A model generated the notes under the pieces. That model was not told the origin of the DNA and ran no database searches. It worked only from the letters and a program-made list of their open reading frames with translations. The position numbers and the translations under genes are program-made. From Seison nebaliae (taxonomy: Eukaryota): 64,000 nucleotides of DNA. The stretch covers positions 1 through 64,000 of the forward strand of contig JALJEE010001046.1 of the NCBI GenBank assembly GCA_023231475.1, given 5' to 3'. Each line of letters opens with the position of its first letter. Positions within the stretch are counted from its first letter, which is position 1. Below, piece by piece: positions 60,501 to 64,000 of this stretch.

Positions 60501-62896
60501 TGATTATTCGGAAAACAAAAGAAAATGTAAGAAATTAGTTCGAACTGTTCAATTGGAGAAAAGTGATAACGGTTATGGTTTTGTGTTAAGAGGACCGCGT
60601 ACACTTAACGGAGTTAATATGGAAACTAATCGACCAAGTGCGCAATTTTTAGAACATGTTACGACGAATTCAGTAGCTGATTTGAATAATTTGTATGCGG
60701 GTGATTATGTCCTCAGTATTAATGGTGTTGATGTGAGAGAGGCTACTCATGATACTTGTGTGAAATTGATTCAAAATGGGTCGAATGTTCTCTCGATGAC
60801 CGTTATGTCAACGATGGATAATGAATCGATGACATACGACACAATCCCGAATCATTATAAGACTTATGGATTGACATCAGTCAATATTCCCAACATCAAA
60901 AAAGACGGTTCGTATTGACATTGAATCCTAATTGATTATCGTAGAGATGGATTTACTTTCTTCTTTTTTTGTTGGAAGAAATCTACTACGTATATTCTCA
61001 TTATATCTAAATTCTTCTTTTCTTTCTTCATATCCATTCCATTTTTCTTAATCGCATTAAACGTTGAGGATACAAACGAAGACGCTTTTTTTCATTGGCT
61101 TCTCTCTTTTACTATTTTTTTTAGGTAAATCTTCCAAATCTAATATATACAACACGGATGATATGAACGCCCTCGGTTAGTTCTATTTAAAAACAAAAAT
61201 TTTTCTTATACTTTTTAATAATAATATATATTTTGTTCAGCTAAACTTGATGCGACAATTGCCGAATTTGAATCGACTGTCGAATCATCAAACGAGAATT
61301 CATTATTAAGAAAAAATGCTCAATGTACATCATTATCACCTGGTTCTTCCACTTCTAGTAGTGGACATAGTAGTGGAAGTATGTCAAACAACCAAACATG
61401 TAGCAGTAGTAGTACAAGTGGAAGTAGTCAAGATAGTTCTGCTTTCCACGAACAAACTACTTTAGGAAAACAACAAAAGCAATTAATTTCATGTCAAAAA
61501 CTACAGCAACAACAACAACAACAACAACATCAACACTGTAATAACGATAAGAATAAAATGTTGAATAATGATGTTCAATTAATATCGTCGCAACCTCCAC
61601 CACCACCACTTAGAAAAAATTCTCTTCAACGACGGAAAACTAAACCGGAGAATTTCCGTTATATTCGCAAACAATCGATGGAATCATCTCATTCTATAAC
61701 ATTATCTAATAACGATAAAGTCGATAGTCGAAAACAGTCAGTTGGTGAGGAAAAGGAACCGGAATGGATGAAACACAAAGCAAATTTACGTCCTTTAGGC
61801 TCCGTCGTTTATTCTCGTTCACATCATACTTTCGATCGTTCTAGTCATCGATCATCAATTGATACGACTTCAGATCATTCAGAAAAAGAAAATCCTTCGA
61901 AAGCATCTAATAATGTCTCGTCGTTTGTGGGCGACAAACCTAAGAAAAGTGCACCCAAAATACCACCGGAAGTATCAACAGTTCAACCACTTTCTTTTCC
62001 GCCAAAACCGCCTGAAATTACTGAGGATTTCGTTAATAGTTTAACCCCGAAAAATGTATGGAGAACAGAATTGCGATTAGCTGAGAGGAAATCTGATCGA
62101 TTAAATGGATTAGATACATTGTCGTCAACTGATCTGTCATGTGAATTGAAAACGGCATTGAAAGAAAGGCGATCAAGAATTGGGGAAGGTATAAATATCA
62201 TGAAAGGATATAATGAAATCGAAAAAACAAATCAACGGAAAGATCTAAATTGCATTTCAGATGAACTTCGTAAGAAGATTGAGAAGCGAAAACATCTCAT
62301 CGATTTAGCACTTGATGGAATGAATAATTGTCCGAAAGAAGTGAAACATGAAGCATTCTGTTCTGTAAGTGAACAACATCTCACAAGTGAAAGTGCAAGT
62401 TCATTATCAATAGTGGATGATAATCTCACATATGATAATCCATCAAACAATAACAATAACAATAATAATTCGAATGATATTCAAAATAAGGAATATGGAA
62501 ATCAATCAACGGTTCAAGCAATCAAATCGAATGGAACAGTTTTCGATCCACGAATGGATGGTAATTTCCGAAATTTAATCGCATCCAAAGCAGCTGAAAA
62601 ACAAGCGAAATATCAATTGGAAAGTAATGGAAATTTGAACGATAATTCAACTGATCAAATCTTCCTGACTCGAATGTCAACTAGAACTACGACTTTTTTT
62701 GGTGATCAATCCACTTCAGAAAATGTATCACCGAAATTTCTGAATCGAGCGATTCCTAATAAAATGTGTCGTTAGAACATTTTTTTAAAATTATTTTTTC
62801 TTAATTCCATTTTTAGCATCTATCAATGAAGAAGGATTCACATCTCATGCTACTCATTTATTGGACAGAATAAAGAAGAATACAACAAATGACTAG
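57553..62896 (+). CDS. SHANK: Shank/ProSAP-like scaffold (SPN, ankyrin repeats, PDZ, proline-rich region), 6 exons
   Basis: YNMGLYLPPSNGRAGKFLDEARLL..YP, LEFKYKRRIY, KGLDPNFH, GAHLDYR, LFRGAD, and PDZ GYGFVLRG...QFLEHV. GTT introns at ~58719, 58919, 60908, 61176 and 62771. Confidence 0.92.
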
Positions 62897-63142
62897 AAAA
62901 TGGAATGATATTTATTTCGTCTATTTATTAATAATTTATTTATAAATTTACATTCAAATTAAATAATCGTTTCTTTCTTGTACAACAAAGCAAAATGGTT
63001 TCGTAGGAAATATTTAGACAGATTCCATTATTTTTCAATAACGGAATTTAACATCGGTATCGAAGTTTCTACATATTGTTCTTAAATCTTCCCATATGCT
63101 TCTTCAATTTCTATATAATGGATGACATAAACATTTTTATTT

Positions 63143-63878
63143 CTATAATTCAGTTCGTTCTTCCTCTTCCAATTTGTGTAATGCCTGCATAATCTTCTCT
63201 TGTAATTTATCTGATTCTGTTTCTTCGTCATTCTCTTTTTCATCTAATGGAATGGTTTGAGTTCTTCCATCAGTGTTCAGCCAATTCGAATACTCTTTCA
63301 CTTGTTTAGCAAGAGAACGAAATCTTGCTATTATTCCTAATCTGAGAGAGATTTGAAGAATATTTAGATTTAAAATGAAACCGTTCAGGTGTTTCTGAAT
63401 GATCTTTCAACCATCTTTTATAATCATCCCAATCAGCCACTTTTCCTTTCTCATATTCTTGATAATCGTGAACATGAACACCGGCATGACCCCCATGCAT
63501 TTGATTTTCCAAGTCATTTAAATTTGGACCAATATCATTCACAAGTTCCAATGAATCATTTGACTTCCTATAATTGTCAGACGAATGAATATGATTATTC
63601 TTCTGATTATTATGAAGTACATTCTCCAAAATTTCATCGGCTGATTCATTATTAATTTTAGTCTTTTTCAGATGTTTTCGATTACCTTTAATCAATCCAA
63701 CATGCATCAGCCTTTCCATCGATTCGATTGATGGTTCTGTTAAATCATTTCTTTTATTCGATTTTGATACTTGTTCAATTTCAGTGGAATTATTAAATTT
63801 TGACGCGTTAACGATAATTGATGAAAAAAAAGAGAAGAGAAAAAAATTGAAAAAGATGAAATAAAGTTTCATCCTCAT
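63143..63878 (-). CDS. Uncharacterised signal-peptide protein ending in RTEL, 2 exons
   Basis: Hydrophobic N-terminus MRMKLYFIFFNFFLFSFFSSIIVNA. A GTT-AG intron at ~63342-63381 extends the frame to ...HKLEEEERTEL-stop. Confidence 0.7.
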
Positions 63879-64000
63879 AAATTTTATCGAAAAAATGAAT
63901 AAAACTGATGTTTTCCATGAGGAAAAAAGTTGATTCCATGATTCCACATCATCTTCTTTTACTTTTTATTCTTCTCGTATAACAATTGAAATTAGACAAT

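Overview
Very AT-rich, gene-dense animal (invertebrate) genomic DNA with about 20 protein-coding genes, most split by tiny (~40-70 nt) introns. In order: a 14-bp minisatellite, a decayed LINE ORF1, integrin beta, a membrane-anchored heme peroxidase, alanine aminotransferase with two duplicated alternative first exons, a catalytically dead ABHD13-like protein, CHP, Ku80, AUH, hsc70, TRMT44, BUD32/TP53RK, ETHE1, TPGS2, BiP, SRRM1, RPAP3, an OATP transporter, mitochondrial EF-G1, Shank and an orphan signal-peptide protein ending in RTEL. There are also three MITE-like foldbacks and LINE reverse-transcriptase debris. The most striking signal is the splice code. Of about 66 introns I reconstructed by hand from protein homology and reading frame, about 63 begin with GTT rather than GT(A/G)AG, about a quarter end in AAG, and perfect AG|GTAAGT sequences sit apparently unused inside exons. 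This points to divergent 5' splice-site recognition. Two non-coding RNAs absent from the ORF track were found: a U14 (SNORD14) box C/D snoRNA in the hsc70 intron, and a let-7 microRNA whose precursor has an ~86-nt loop. All gene models and counts are manual readings without alignment tools or RNA data, and the species was not determined.
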